Part shown: in pieces, positions 15,587 through 26,830 of the stretch
Position numbering within the stretch: position 1 is the first letter of the stretch
Layout: every line of letters starts with the position of its first letter
NCBI GenBank assembly: GCA_020891255.1
Contig: BQFW01000003.1
Location: forward strand, 930,001-994,000
Origin: Entomortierella parvispora E1425
Taxonomy: Eukaryota; Fungi; Mortierellomycota
Length of the DNA: 64,000 nucleotides
Direction: 5' to 3'
Made by a program: the position numbers and the translations under genes
The notes under the pieces: model-generated
What the model saw: only the letters and a program-made list of their open reading frames with translations
Databases searched by the model: none
What the model was told of the DNA's origin: nothing

Positions 15587-15658
15587 TGATCTACGCAGGG
15601 GTCGAACCTGCAATCTCCTGATTCGTAGTCAGACGCCTTTCCATTGGGCCAGCAGACC
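15587..15658 (-). tRNA. tRNA-Arg(ACG), identical to the copy at 5172-5243
   Basis: Exact reverse complement of 5172-5243 over 72 nt. Confidence 0.96.
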
Positions 15659-15717
15659 GTGTTCATTTTGATATCAGAAGTTGTTTTAGGTCATCTATGA
15701 GCCCATATTCATCCATG

Positions 15718-15737
15718 CACGTGACAATATCACGTGA
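15718..15737. promoter_or_regulatory. Tandem E-boxes (CACGTG x2; second is TCACGTGA)
   Basis: Sequence gCACGTGacaatatCACGTGatt, 60-80 bp upstream of the minus-strand tRNA and at the edge of the structured region. Confidence 0.4.
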
Positions 15738-15749
15738 TTAGTTATACCC

Positions 15750-16330
15750 TTAAGCCGGCAGTATTCCGCAGGGCGGGCGAGCCCCTTTTGCTACGGCGGT
15801 CTAAAGCGCCTAGTAAATAAAGCTTCCAGAGACAGTGCCATGAGGTCGAGGGTTCGATCTCAGCTTGGTGCGCCCTCGTTTGCGCTAGCCTCTCGAGTTA
15901 GAGGCGGTAGTTTGTATCACTACCTACAGCACTTGCTGATATTTATCCCATGTGGATTAGCTACCAGGAGGCACTGAGTTAAAGTGCTAAGTATACGAGG
16001 TGGTCCAGCCCACTAAAAACAGCTGTCGGCCATATGCAGGATCATGTTCTATGTGAAAGCGGTCGGACACCAACTGTCGGACAATAGTCAATAAACAAGA
16101 AATTTTCTGAGGATACACCGAGGCCCCCTCCGGGGCCGTCCAGCAAGCAGGCAAGGTGTTCCAGGCGGTGGAAGGCGGTTATGCGAGGAGGTCTCGATCT
16201 TATTAGCAGGCGACGAGTCTGCCAACTGGTCGCATAGGGACGTGTGTAGTACGGGCGGACGGGAGACTCGATTCAGCTGACCACGCCATATGTACCACTC
16301 TGGCTGCAGTGTGAAGGGGATGTATGACAA
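15750..16330. ncRNA. Unidentified hairpin-dense, non-coding-looking region (candidate structured RNA)
   Basis: Many local and long-range complementary pairs (see findings). No credible spliced gene. Family and strand not identified. Confidence 0.35.
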
Positions 16331-16489
16331 ACAAGACCCTCGTGTGGCTCGGGAAGAAAGATCAAAGTTGCAATAAAAAAAAAAAAAAAGCCGGCGGCAT
16401 CCCGCATCCTACTATGTAAGCACACGAACAGTTTATTCCACTAAAGGATAAACGGGGTAGATATCCAAGGAACGAAGGGGCCCATGGTT

Positions 16490-17851
16490 TTAGAATGACT
16501 GGTATCCAGACCGACTGGCCTCTGCGCCTGCCTTTGTCGCCTCTCCTTGATGGGCTGGTTCGTCAGCTTCTTCATCAGATATGTTTTGTCCGACTTTGTC
16601 CTTTCGGTCGTCCTTGGATGCGCCAGCAATTGAAAATGACGCGACACCAGCAGGTGCTTGACCATGACTAGGGCCAGGGCCGGGACCATGGGTGTGGCCG
16701 TGACTATTGCCCTGTGCATGTCCTAGATTTTCGTTGTGGGCTCCTCCCAATTCGACATTGTGCCCACTGGTAGCACGACTGGACTTTGAAGAGGTCGAGC
16801 GGATGCTGTTGTTGGTCATGAACGAACTCGATTGCTGAGAGTGTTGACGTCGTCCGCGGTTGTGGCTATGGCGTGGGATATTGATCTCTTCCGCGTCTCG
16901 CTCATCATCCATGGCATCGCCCAATGTTTGGTATCCGCTGATACCCCCAAGTCCATTTCCTCGATGGCCTTGCCAGGACCCTAATATTGGAGCGTGGAAA
17001 AATTGAATAGTATTCCAAAGAGTGCGTGAGAACGCTCAGTAAATTCATTCGTGTTCAACTGAACGGGGCGCTGTCGCGCTCCCTTCTTCACATGTGTTAC
17101 GGCGATGATATTTCTTTTTCTTTTACCTCCGCCACCAAGGGATGAGAAAGGATCTCCACGATACTTGAGCAACTGGAGGGAGGAGATTATAGTCATGGGC
17201 TATCACAGAAGAAGAGGCGGTTGAGATCAATGTCGGCCACGCTGGACTGAGCTTACAAGAGCAAGCAGGTGTCTCTATTATCTCATCCTCGTTTTACCTT
17301 GATCAGCAAAACCGCAATGGTCAGACTAGTTCAAGAACGCAAGAACGGGATGAGCATTTTTTTTGTTAGCACGAGTCATGGCGTAATAAAGAAAAGGAGG
17401 GGGGGAAATTCTCCTGACTCGTACCCTTCACCAAAACCAATGCCCGGTGAAAGAAGACACCAGACAATGTCAAGCAGGATGCTGAACGCTGTAAAGCCAG
17501 CGAACTAAAGAGTCGTACGATCATTGTTAGAGTAGGTAGGCGCGTCTTTTGTGAAGTAGATGCATTGGCTGCGCTGCGACAGGTACCTGCTGGAGTGGCT
17601 CTGATGAGTCGTGATGCTGGTATGCATAGAGGCCAAAGAACAATAAAGGGATGTTGTAAGAAGGCACTGTGCGGATGCCACCAAAGAGGCTGAGAATCTG
17701 TGTCCCTAAAGTTAGTTTTCTGTCCAAACTCCCTTGATATGTTGAAGGGTAAAGCAAAGAACGTGAAAACACGTACCGTCTGGAAGACGATGAGCCTCTG
17801 CAGATCCAGCTGAGTGGCGAATTCGATGAGCTGGGGAAGAAAGTCGGCCAT
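16490..17851 (-). CDS. Small multi-pass membrane protein, AGTRAP-like N-terminus with a hydrophilic H/G/S-rich tail
   Basis: Spliced reading MADFLPQLIEFATQLDLQRLIVFQT / ILSLFGGIRTVPSYNIPLLFFGLYAYQHHDSSEPLQQ / FAGFTAFSILLDIVWCLL... / LTIAVLLIK; final exon ends at 16490. Confidence 0.6.
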
Positions 17852-18333
17852 GAAAAGAGAGACTTTGAGTTTGGAATGGGGAGCAAAAGAAGAGGAATGG
17901 AATGAGGCAAAGGATTGGGGGACAAGCAGGGGGAAAAGCAAAGTCGGGAAAGCGGCCCCTGCACAAGGATCAAGCCAAGCCCAAACCAGAAGTTTGTTTG
18001 TGCTCAAGAACGTGGTCTTGGCCAATGCTGCCGAAGCAACCAGGTGCACCAGCACAAGAGTGAAGGTTCACAAGGGTTGGCCCAGAGGGCCGTGCTTGAC
18101 GGGATATGGAAAGAGGGATGGTGGCCGGGGTGAAGGGGCGGCGACTGACGATTGTACCCGGTGCCTGGGGTGGAAGAACACTGGCACTGGTCTCTCGGTC
18201 TGCTGGATCACAGGTGGCGCGTTCTGAAAAGGAATTTCTTCTTGTCTGCCAAACAGCCAAAAGGATCACCTCACGTCGCTCTCCTTTCCTTCCCTCATGC
18301 AAGTTTGATCCCTCAATCCTATCCCTGCCTCTA

Positions 18334-19881
18334 ATGATCCCGCGAATCACCTCCCGAGTCGCCACTCATCCCTCTCTGCTGCTTAGACCATTCAGCAGAA
18401 TCACATCACCATTCCCTCACCGCCCACTCTTCTTTTCCACAACTGCGCGCAAGTGCAATGCCTCGACGCCACCATCAGAGACCGCCCCTGCATCCTCTGG
18501 CACCGACGGCACAGCAGAGCAAGAGCAGGTCCCTACCGACCTGGACAGCCATCCAGATTCAATCTCTTGCACTGTCTGCCCTCCCTCCACCTATGCATTC
18601 TTAAAACCAACGCCGGTCGTCCTGTTGACAGGTCCTTTTGGAGGCAACTGGTAAACGCACGGATTTGTTTTTGCCTTTTATATCCTTTCCTTTGAGTGGT
18701 TGCTGACCAGCCATCTTGAGTTCATTTATTGTAGGTGCTACCGTGATACCTGGCAAGCGACCTTGGCAGACCAAGGGTACCAAAGCACCAGTATTGAGTT
18801 CACCATGCCCGAGGAAAAGTTCGAGACAGGAGATGGTTATATCCGACATTTCGTCAAGGTCTTGAAAAAATCGATCGAGACCGACCATTCGTTCTTCCCA
18901 CCTATTCTGATCGCCCATGGATTACATGCACTTGTTGCACAGCGATATGTTGAGTCAAACCCCGTCAGTGCTTTGGTTCTCGTTTCGCCGTTTATTCCAG
19001 AAGTCATCCCTGGCCGTTTCCAAAAATTGTCACAGAAACTGCTTTCGAAACATACGGTCAAGGCCGATTCTGCGACCACCATCGCAGAAGGAGCTACAGA
19101 GACGAAGGCTAAATCGACAACAGATGAGAGTGAAGCATCAGCAGGAGAAAAACAGGAAGCATCACATAGTTCGGACAAGGCAGCGGAAGCGCCATTAGCT
19201 ACGGAGAACGCCGAGGAGGTATCCCAGGTTACAGGAGCAGAGATTCATTTCGATATCCATGCCGATGTAGTGGCGCAGGAAGGATTCCGGGAGGCGTATG
19301 TTCTCCCTGCCAAGGCAGTTTACAAGATTGACCGGGTTGCCAAAGAACTGCAGGAAAAGGAGAAAGAGAAAGAGCTAAAGGAGAAAGAGATTCTTTACAC
19401 GAAGGAGGAAGAAGCTGATAAGATCAAGGAAACTGCAGAGACTATGAAAGATTCAACTTCAAATCTAAGAAGTGAGTCTTCAGAAACCAATGTCTTTGTG
19501 AACGGAGAAGAGACGCTTGGCAAGGACTCTGTACCTGATGGCGCGGTCAAGTATTCACCGGAGGAGGCTTTTCCTGTTCAGACTGTCGAATCGGAAGCGT
19601 CGATCCCCTCACCACTCGAGCGCCTTCCCATGAGCATCTACAACTCTATTCCTCCAAGCGTATTCGAGCCCCTGTTTCCTATCCTGCTCGTTACTTCCAA
19701 TGCGGACGAAATTGTATCGACCGCGGATGTTAAAGAACACCACAACTTGGCTGGACAGGTCGATCACATTGAGCTTGAGGACTTGGATGATGGTGGCCAC
19801 TTGATCATGGTCTCGGATAACGCCGAGTGGGAACAGGGTATCCAGGGTATTACTGCGTGGTTGGACTCGAATGGCATGTAA
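18334..19881 (+). CDS. Alpha/beta-hydrolase-fold-like protein with a probable mitochondrial presequence, 2 exons
   Basis: R/S-rich N-terminus; motifs PVVLLTG, PPILIAHGLHALVAQRYVESNPVSALVLVSP, PILLVTSNADEIV and GGHLIM; intron ~18650-18734. Confidence 0.65.
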
Positions 19882-20027
19882 AAAATACGTAAAAAAAAAG
19901 AACGCGGTTGGTGACTGTCCATTTTTTTTCATTTGAACCAATTCGGGTCATAAACAAGCGTTTTTCGGCGCGTTTCCTCTTTCACACTTCCACCCTCACA
20001 TTCCTTGTCCTTTGGCTGCTCATCAGG

Positions 20028-21939
20028 ATGTCGACCGAGATTGAAAACCAAACGCTCGAGCTACTCGTCGCAACCGTCGAAGATGAAAAGAAGATTGTAT
20101 GCTCCGCCCTCCATTTGCGAGATCATCACCGGGTTGCATGCAATTTGGCAATTGGGGTGTTTTTTTTGGTGGCAAACGCAGTTCTCTCACGTCGGATGCT
20201 TCATTCCATCTACAACATAGGTTACTTACCGATGGCTCAGCCGGAGCATGGGATACTCTGTCAATGTTGCAAAGCAGTAGGCGTTGACTTTAAGATAAAA
20301 TAGAGCAATGGTCCACCACAGAAGGAGATTTTTTTTTACTAACGCTCGGCACTTTGTCACCACAGGCTTATGGAGTCGTACCTGACTTCTGTCGGACAGG
20401 GCAAGGCGCATGGAACATACTATGTGGCACGCCAAGAGAAAGAAACAGGAGGCCGTATCATCTCTCTTGTCAGCCAGGATAATATTCAGGGTATGATGCT
20501 CAACTGCATGATCTAAACAAGCAATTCTAGCTTTGCTTCATACGGATGTGGATCTGATCACACATCACCCTTTGCGTTTCTCCTGTTTCCTGTTACTAGA
20601 TGCCAAGAAAGATCCAGGATTTATTGGTTGCCATATTTACAGCTTGGAGCCTTCAAAACTTGTGGACCGTGCGGTCCTGTCCGCCGTCAATGCTGAGGCC
20701 ACTCAGCTCCAACAGGGCAAGGATATCAATGTCTACAGGATCGTTCAAAACCACGACATTATCATTTCAAAATCCAATACACGGGCGGCTCCGCCTACCA
20801 AGCCAGCTGCGGCTGCCGCTCCAGGAAAGCCTGTAGCTTCAGAAACTGGAGTGCTGGGTGCCAAACCAGGAATGGGCTCGTCTTCCAGCTTGGCCGCATC
20901 CTCGCCATCCACAGCCACCCACTCAAAGGCAAAGCCTGCACCAGCATCCAAGGCGAGCGTCTCGAGTTTTTTCGGAAAGAGTGCCACAAAAACGACCCCT
21001 GCCTCCTCCTCCTCCAACAACAACAGCAACAGCCCCTCAGTGTCTTCTAAGCCTGCGACGACTGCTCCCAAGACTTCGACCCTCAACTTCAAACCAGTTC
21101 AAAAGAGAAAGGCAGCTTCGGACGATGAGGATGATGTCGACTCCGAGGAAGAACGCGATCGTCGGTTAGCACTCAGCTCTCGTTTGGATCAGGATCTGGG
21201 CGATATCCACGAGTCCATCGAACCCAAGAAGGCGGTCAGCACAGCAGACGTGGATGCGATCAAAAAGAAGCAAAGGTCGGCTAGGCGATTGGCCGTTGAC
21301 GACGATGACGAAGCAGAAGAACCTGCCACTGTCCGGAAATCTGCCAAGACAGATTCTGATGATGAGGACGAGGCTCTGAATACCATGACAAAGGAGGCCA
21401 GGATAGCACACGACAAGGAGAAGGAGGCCCAACGTCAGGCTCTTGAGAACATGATGCTGGTCGATGGTGAACCAACTGTGGAGGATGAAGATAGTCAAAT
21501 GATCGATGTCGAAGCTGTAGACCCACCAAAGGCGCCAGCAGCTCTTGCACCAACGACCTATGATGAAATTAGAGTAAGAGAAGATGGTGTTCGCGTGAGA
21601 AGGGTACGTGGTACTCGTATTGTGACAAAACGAAAGACCTCTAAGAACGAGCGTGGATATCTTGGTAAGTGCAAGATACTTGTGCTTCTTTTCTTTTTCT
21701 TTTTTTCTTCAGAAACCTAACCAGTCTATCATTTGGCTCATATAGTGACGGAGGATGTTCTTGTACAGGAGGCGTTCTCAGAAGACGAGGTCATTCCCGA
21801 TGAGAAGGCAAGGACGGTTCCTGCCCCCGCACCACCTGTCAGGGTCGCAGTGGCTGAAGCACCCAAGCCAACTGCTGGAGCCAAGAAGAAGGCAGGATCC
21901 GGAAATCAAAGCTTGCTCAACTTTTTCAGCAAGAAATAA
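20028..21939 (+). CDS. POLD3: DNA polymerase delta subunit 3 (Cdc27/Pol32/p66)
   Basis: N-terminal KIVTYRWLSRSMGYSVNVAKQ, CHIYSL, TKRKTSKNERGYL; C-terminal PIP box QSLLNFF. Confidence 0.9.
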
Positions 21940-22318
21940 TCGTCCCAGTTTGCCCCTCTTAGAATTTTTCAGTCCCTGAAATAAATTTCCCTCCTTCTCT
22001 CTTTGTATTTTTGCGCTGTCATCTCAGTTCGCTTTTATTAAGACCTTTTTTGTTTTCAAAGTCGCAATCGCGATGGATTAAAGTAGAGATTTGGATATTA
22101 AGTACAAAAATGAGGTATGATGTGATGATGTGAGGTGATGTGAGGTTTGGGGGTGGTTGTGGAAGCATGCTGTCACAAAGAGATTGATCCGTTTGTCCAA
22201 AAAGGAGCATGGATATATTTTTTTTCTCTTCTTTTCTGTTCATTACGCGGCCAGACATTCAGGTGAAACTAAAACCGGTAAGAAAGTCCTTTTCAATCCC
22301 GAACGTGGCCTCGAGTTC

Positions 22319-25300
22319 TCAATATCTATTGAAGAAGGTGAGAAGGGGGATGATCGGTTGGTTAGTCGCAAAAAAAAAAAAAAATGAGTTGATTTCATGG
22401 TAAAGACGATCGACGGTTCAAAAAAAAAAAAAAAAAAAAAAGTCATTCTCATTGGCACGCACGTCACAGATTCGTTGGGGCACTCATCAGTGAAGTGAAG
22501 ACCAAACTCTTCACAGTTGTCACAGTACTGGTCAAGGATAGGAGAGCAAATAAGTGAAGGTGCAGGAATGTTAGTCAAGCCAGAAAACAAAGAAAATAGT
22601 TAATAAACCTTGGATCAGAGCACTTACAGGTCGACCATCCTCCGATTCTACCTGCGCGGCGGGTTGGAAGGGTGTATGCTCCAGTTTCCTGCCATATTTT
22701 CCAGATCCAAAGACTGCTGTACAGGTGACAATGTCGTGGCCTTCCTCTTCGCAAATCTCGCAGAAAAGGGCCTCATCATGATGTCTCATTGGAGCGCGGG
22801 GCGAAGTCCGCTGGGAAGACGTGGAGACAATGGAGGACGTGGTTGAGCGACTTGGAGTCATGTAAGCCGAAGAGTACGAGCCATTAGCGCTATGACCAGT
22901 GGGAGTTGTGGCCTGGGCCAGTTGTCTCCTCAGATCCGCAATGTCCTGCTGCAGGCGATCAATTTGCTTTTGCTTGAGTTGAACTTCCTCCTCAAGGTCA
23001 GCCTCATGGAAAATCTTGCTCTCGATCAAGGATTCGAGCTCTGTCAACTCCTTGTTCAGTACGCTAAGCTCGTACGCCTTGCTTCTATCCAGCTCCACAT
23101 AACGCTGGCGGAGATCCCGCATCTCTGTGGCATGTGCTTGAGTGAGTCGATCTAGTAGTGTTTGCTTCTCCTTCAACAGAACCTCCAACCGAATTACTGA
23201 CTGTGACTGATTGACGATGCCTTGCTTCACCTCTGATGTTGATTGGTTGACAGAGGAAGTTTGGCTCACAGGGGCTTCCTTGGGCTCGGTGTTCTCCATG
23301 GTATCAACCTGAGTACCGTCGTCAGTGTCATCCTCAGTTGCTGCTGCAAGACTTTCTGCATGCAATCTCTCGACTTCATCCATGAGCTTGAGGCATTCGG
23401 TTTCAACATGCTTGTGGGCCTCCATAAGGTTGTCGTGCTCCAACATCAGCTTCTTGTTCACATTGGCGACCGTAACATTCTCCCGCGTCAGATCGTGGAC
23501 CATCTGCTTCAAGCTTGCTACTTCTTCCTCGATATCCGGGCGGCTTACACCACCTTCAGAGGGTTCGGCTCCTGCAGCGGCCGGTTGAGACTGGCTAGAA
23601 GCGGCAGAAATAGCCAAAGCTGCCTCTAGCTCGGATACTCTTGCCTGTGTCTTTGAGAGCTCTTCTGTGTGCGCGCTTTGGAGTGCGGTGATACGGGCTT
23701 CGTACTCTGCCGTCGTCTTGGAAATTTGCTCTTCCAAGTTTTTTCTGGCCGATCCTGCCTCTTGCTCGAGCTTTTCTCCCTTGGTTTGAGCCTCGGTCAG
23801 TTTGAGAGTAGCCTCCTCGACCATGGCCGTTTTCTGTGCCATTTCCGACTGAAGGGCTTCGTATCGACTCTTCCATTCATCCGCAGAAGACGCAGCGGCC
23901 TCTAGACTTCCGACCCTCTCCTTGGTGGCCGTGATATGATCCTGAAGACTCGTCTCAGAGTCATGGAGCTTAGTTTCGAGAGCCGACCGTTCCTGGGCAA
24001 ATTGTTCTTGAGCTTCTTCAGCAGCTTTCAGAAGGCGAGCGACCTCAGACTCGGAATTGTTCAAGGAGGAGCGGATGTCGGCAATTGTCGATTCCAATGA
24101 TGCAATCTTTGCTTCCAATTCCTCGTTGTTCGCTTCCAGCACTTCAATGTCACTTTGTAAATCCTCAATAATAGCATGATCATCCTCGGCGGATTCTTCC
24201 AGACGTCGCCTTTCATGTTCCCAAACCTTTCGCATTTGATCAATTTCCTCACTTTGAACCATTCCAGAAACCTCTTCCAATTCGAGCTTTAGAGCCGCGA
24301 TCTCCTGCTCGCGTTTCGTCAGATTTGATTGATGTTCCTTGGCCTTTTCTTCTAGGGATTTCACCAATCGTTCACTCTTTGTTAAAAGAGATTGGGATTC
24401 TCGAAGCTCAGTTTCGCTCTTTTTCAGCTTTTCCTCCGCCTCGGCATCCCGAGCTTTCTGGGCTTCCAATCCTTGCTCCTGCTGTGATTGAAGATCCGAG
24501 AGCTGGGCTTTGGAGTCTGTGGCATCCTTGTTGGCGAGCTCCAACTTGGCCTGTAGGGCATCTGTAGTTACCCTGAGAATCTCATCCAGATCGTCCAAAC
24601 GCTCCTGGAGGAGATCACGTTCTTGTTCTAGTCGTCCGAGTTGTGCCATAAAGTGTTCCTGATTGGCAGCCATTGCATCTTCTGTCGTCTTTCTGACTTC
24701 CTCCTGGTCGTTCACCATGCGGGCTTGCAGTTCCTCAAGTTTCACTTCCAAGAACTCGATGCGCTCATCAGCTTGTTGGAGGTCCTTTTGCAACGACTCC
24801 ACCTTGGCCTGGTTCAACACGGTCTCCGAGCCTTCAAGAAAGATGCCGTGGTCCTGAAGGTCCTTCAATCGACTTTCTAGACCGGCCTTTTCCAGGATAA
24901 GAGCAGATTTTTCCTTTTGTGAACGTGCTGCGTCGATATAAGCTTGTGCCATCTTGTCTGTCAGGGCCTTGATTTCCTGGTCTTTGACTTGTGTCTCCTT
25001 CTCCCAACTGGCTCGCATTGCATGAAGATCCTCCAGCTCCTGTCCTAGTTTCTCCTCAATCCCTCCTCGACCCAGACTTTTACTCAAGAAGACGCGTTCT
25101 TCATAGGACAAATCTCGTTTCTCGAGCAATCGGGTGACCTCGAGCCGAGACTTTGTCTGATTCATCTCGGTCTTCAGTAAATTATTCTCTGCGACGGCGA
25201 CCCCAATCTCAAGCTGCAGCTGATGTACTTGAACTGCAAGATCTCCCTGGTGGGACTCTGTCATTTGAACCAAGCTTGCCTGGTCAAGCAAATTAGGCGA

Positions 25301-26830
25301 GGATACCGTCGAGCTGGCCTCAGGTGTATCCGAAGAGCGTGAGGAGAGAAGACGTGAGGAGGTCATGAGTCTGGTAGGAGTAGGCGAGGTCCGTGGACGG
25401 GCACCATTTGGCACAGCAGAAGAGGTAATAGACCCTCCACGGGTGCGCGTACCTAGTTTGCTCTGTGTCATCAATGATGTTTTGTTGGCCTGACCAAGTC
25501 TCGCACCAAGTCCCGTTCTTGCCACAGATGTTGTAGGCGTGGGCGAGGTTGTTTGTGGATTAGCATTAGATGATGACCCCATTGGCAAGGTTCTGCTAGT
25601 TGTAGGAGAGTTGTTGGGGCTCGTCGTGGTTGTCGGCGGCTTTGAATTCGTTGGTTGAGGCACCCCGTTGCGTTGCTTCAGTTGGTTCGCAGTGACTCCA
25701 ACATATTTTGATGCCCTGGATCCCGCAGTGATTCGTGCAGCAGCCTGAGCAGCTTGGCTGTTGGATGTCTGTACTGCAGGACGTAGCTGTTTTTGAGGCG
25801 CTTGTTGTGGTTGTGGTTGTTGTAGCTGCTGATGCTGTGCTGGTGGGGATATTGGCTGGGGTTGCGGCGACGGGGTGCTGTGTGAATCTGGCGCAAGGTG
25901 AGTGCCTGCAGCCGAGGTCAATGGGAGGACTAGTTCTGTCTTGACAATCTTGGCTGCCAGCACAAAGATACCACAGTTGGGTCGACATGTGAAGTACACC
26001 ACTCTGTCGGGATGAAGCAAAGATTCTTGCTGTTAATACCTGAAGTGACGTCTCGTGTGTTTTCTAGAGAATGTGAGAAAGGGGAGCAGGCAGAGGAGGG
26101 AGATAGAAAGAGATGGATCCTGCAAAGGCAGGATATGTACTTACCCAGCGACACTCCCGTCATTCTTTCCAGTAGGCGTGTCAAGCTCAATGCCTGCCCA
26201 CAGTCCGCCCTTGAATTCAGTCGTGCCCACAAAGCGCAAGTAGCCGGTTAGGCCCATGCTCTCGACCGCGACTCTGTCTCCTAGCTCCACATTTTCTAGC
26301 GACGGTGGCAGTTGGTTCTGGTTATGGGCAGGAGAGCCGGGGATGGCGGCCAGAGCTCTTCCTGCGACTGCTCCTGTTGCGCCTGCTACCGGAGATACGG
26401 TCGAGCGCTGAAGTCCAGGTTGTTTGGTCAAACGCGCTCCTGTGCCTGCTGGACCTGACAGGCCTCCTGCCGAGAGTCGCGTTGATCGAGTCCCCATGGG
26501 TGAGTCGGCACCGGGGGAAGGTGATGATCCTTGAGATGGCACTGAAGAAGGACTTAAAGGTGCAAGGGCAGAATAGGCAGCTGTCGCGGCACGAGAGTTG
26601 CTTGCTGAGCCATATGGGCTGTTTTCAGGACTCAGGCCAGGTCTAGAGACGCTCGTTCGTCGTGGTTGTGGGGAGCGAAACGAGAGAGGTGAAGCTAGCA
26701 GCGAAGGACTGCCGCTGTTGCTGTTGTTGTTGCCATTGTTGCTCTGGTATGCATAGGCCGAACCCGAGTCGGATCCAACCGACTCTGCCCTTCGTCGGTT
26801 AGCAGCATCCGAGGCTTCGGCGTCGGTCAT
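22319..26830 (-). CDS. CAP-Gly / coiled-coil / two zinc-knuckle microtubule +TIP (CLIP-170/Bik1/Tip1-like)
   Basis: CAP-Gly domain ([32 protein letters not shown]...GIFV), a long heptad region, and CCHC knuckles [15 protein letters not shown] and [17 protein letters not shown] predicted terminal micro-exon gives ...NESVTY*. Confidence 0.85.

Noticed and set aside
15735-15860. Group I (IE) intron-like GGCTTAAGG..CTAATC on the minus strand, and a tRNA-like D/T-arm on the plus strand
   Set aside because: No matching P7 5' strand or P3/P4 core could be built, and no acceptor or anticodon stems form a cloverleaf.
16030-16300. Assignment to U3, SRP, RNase P/MRP or telomerase RNA
   Set aside because: Only isolated motif resemblances were found. 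The required partners were missing: U3 boxes B/C/D, SRP helix 8, a full P4 helix, and a CCCTAA template.
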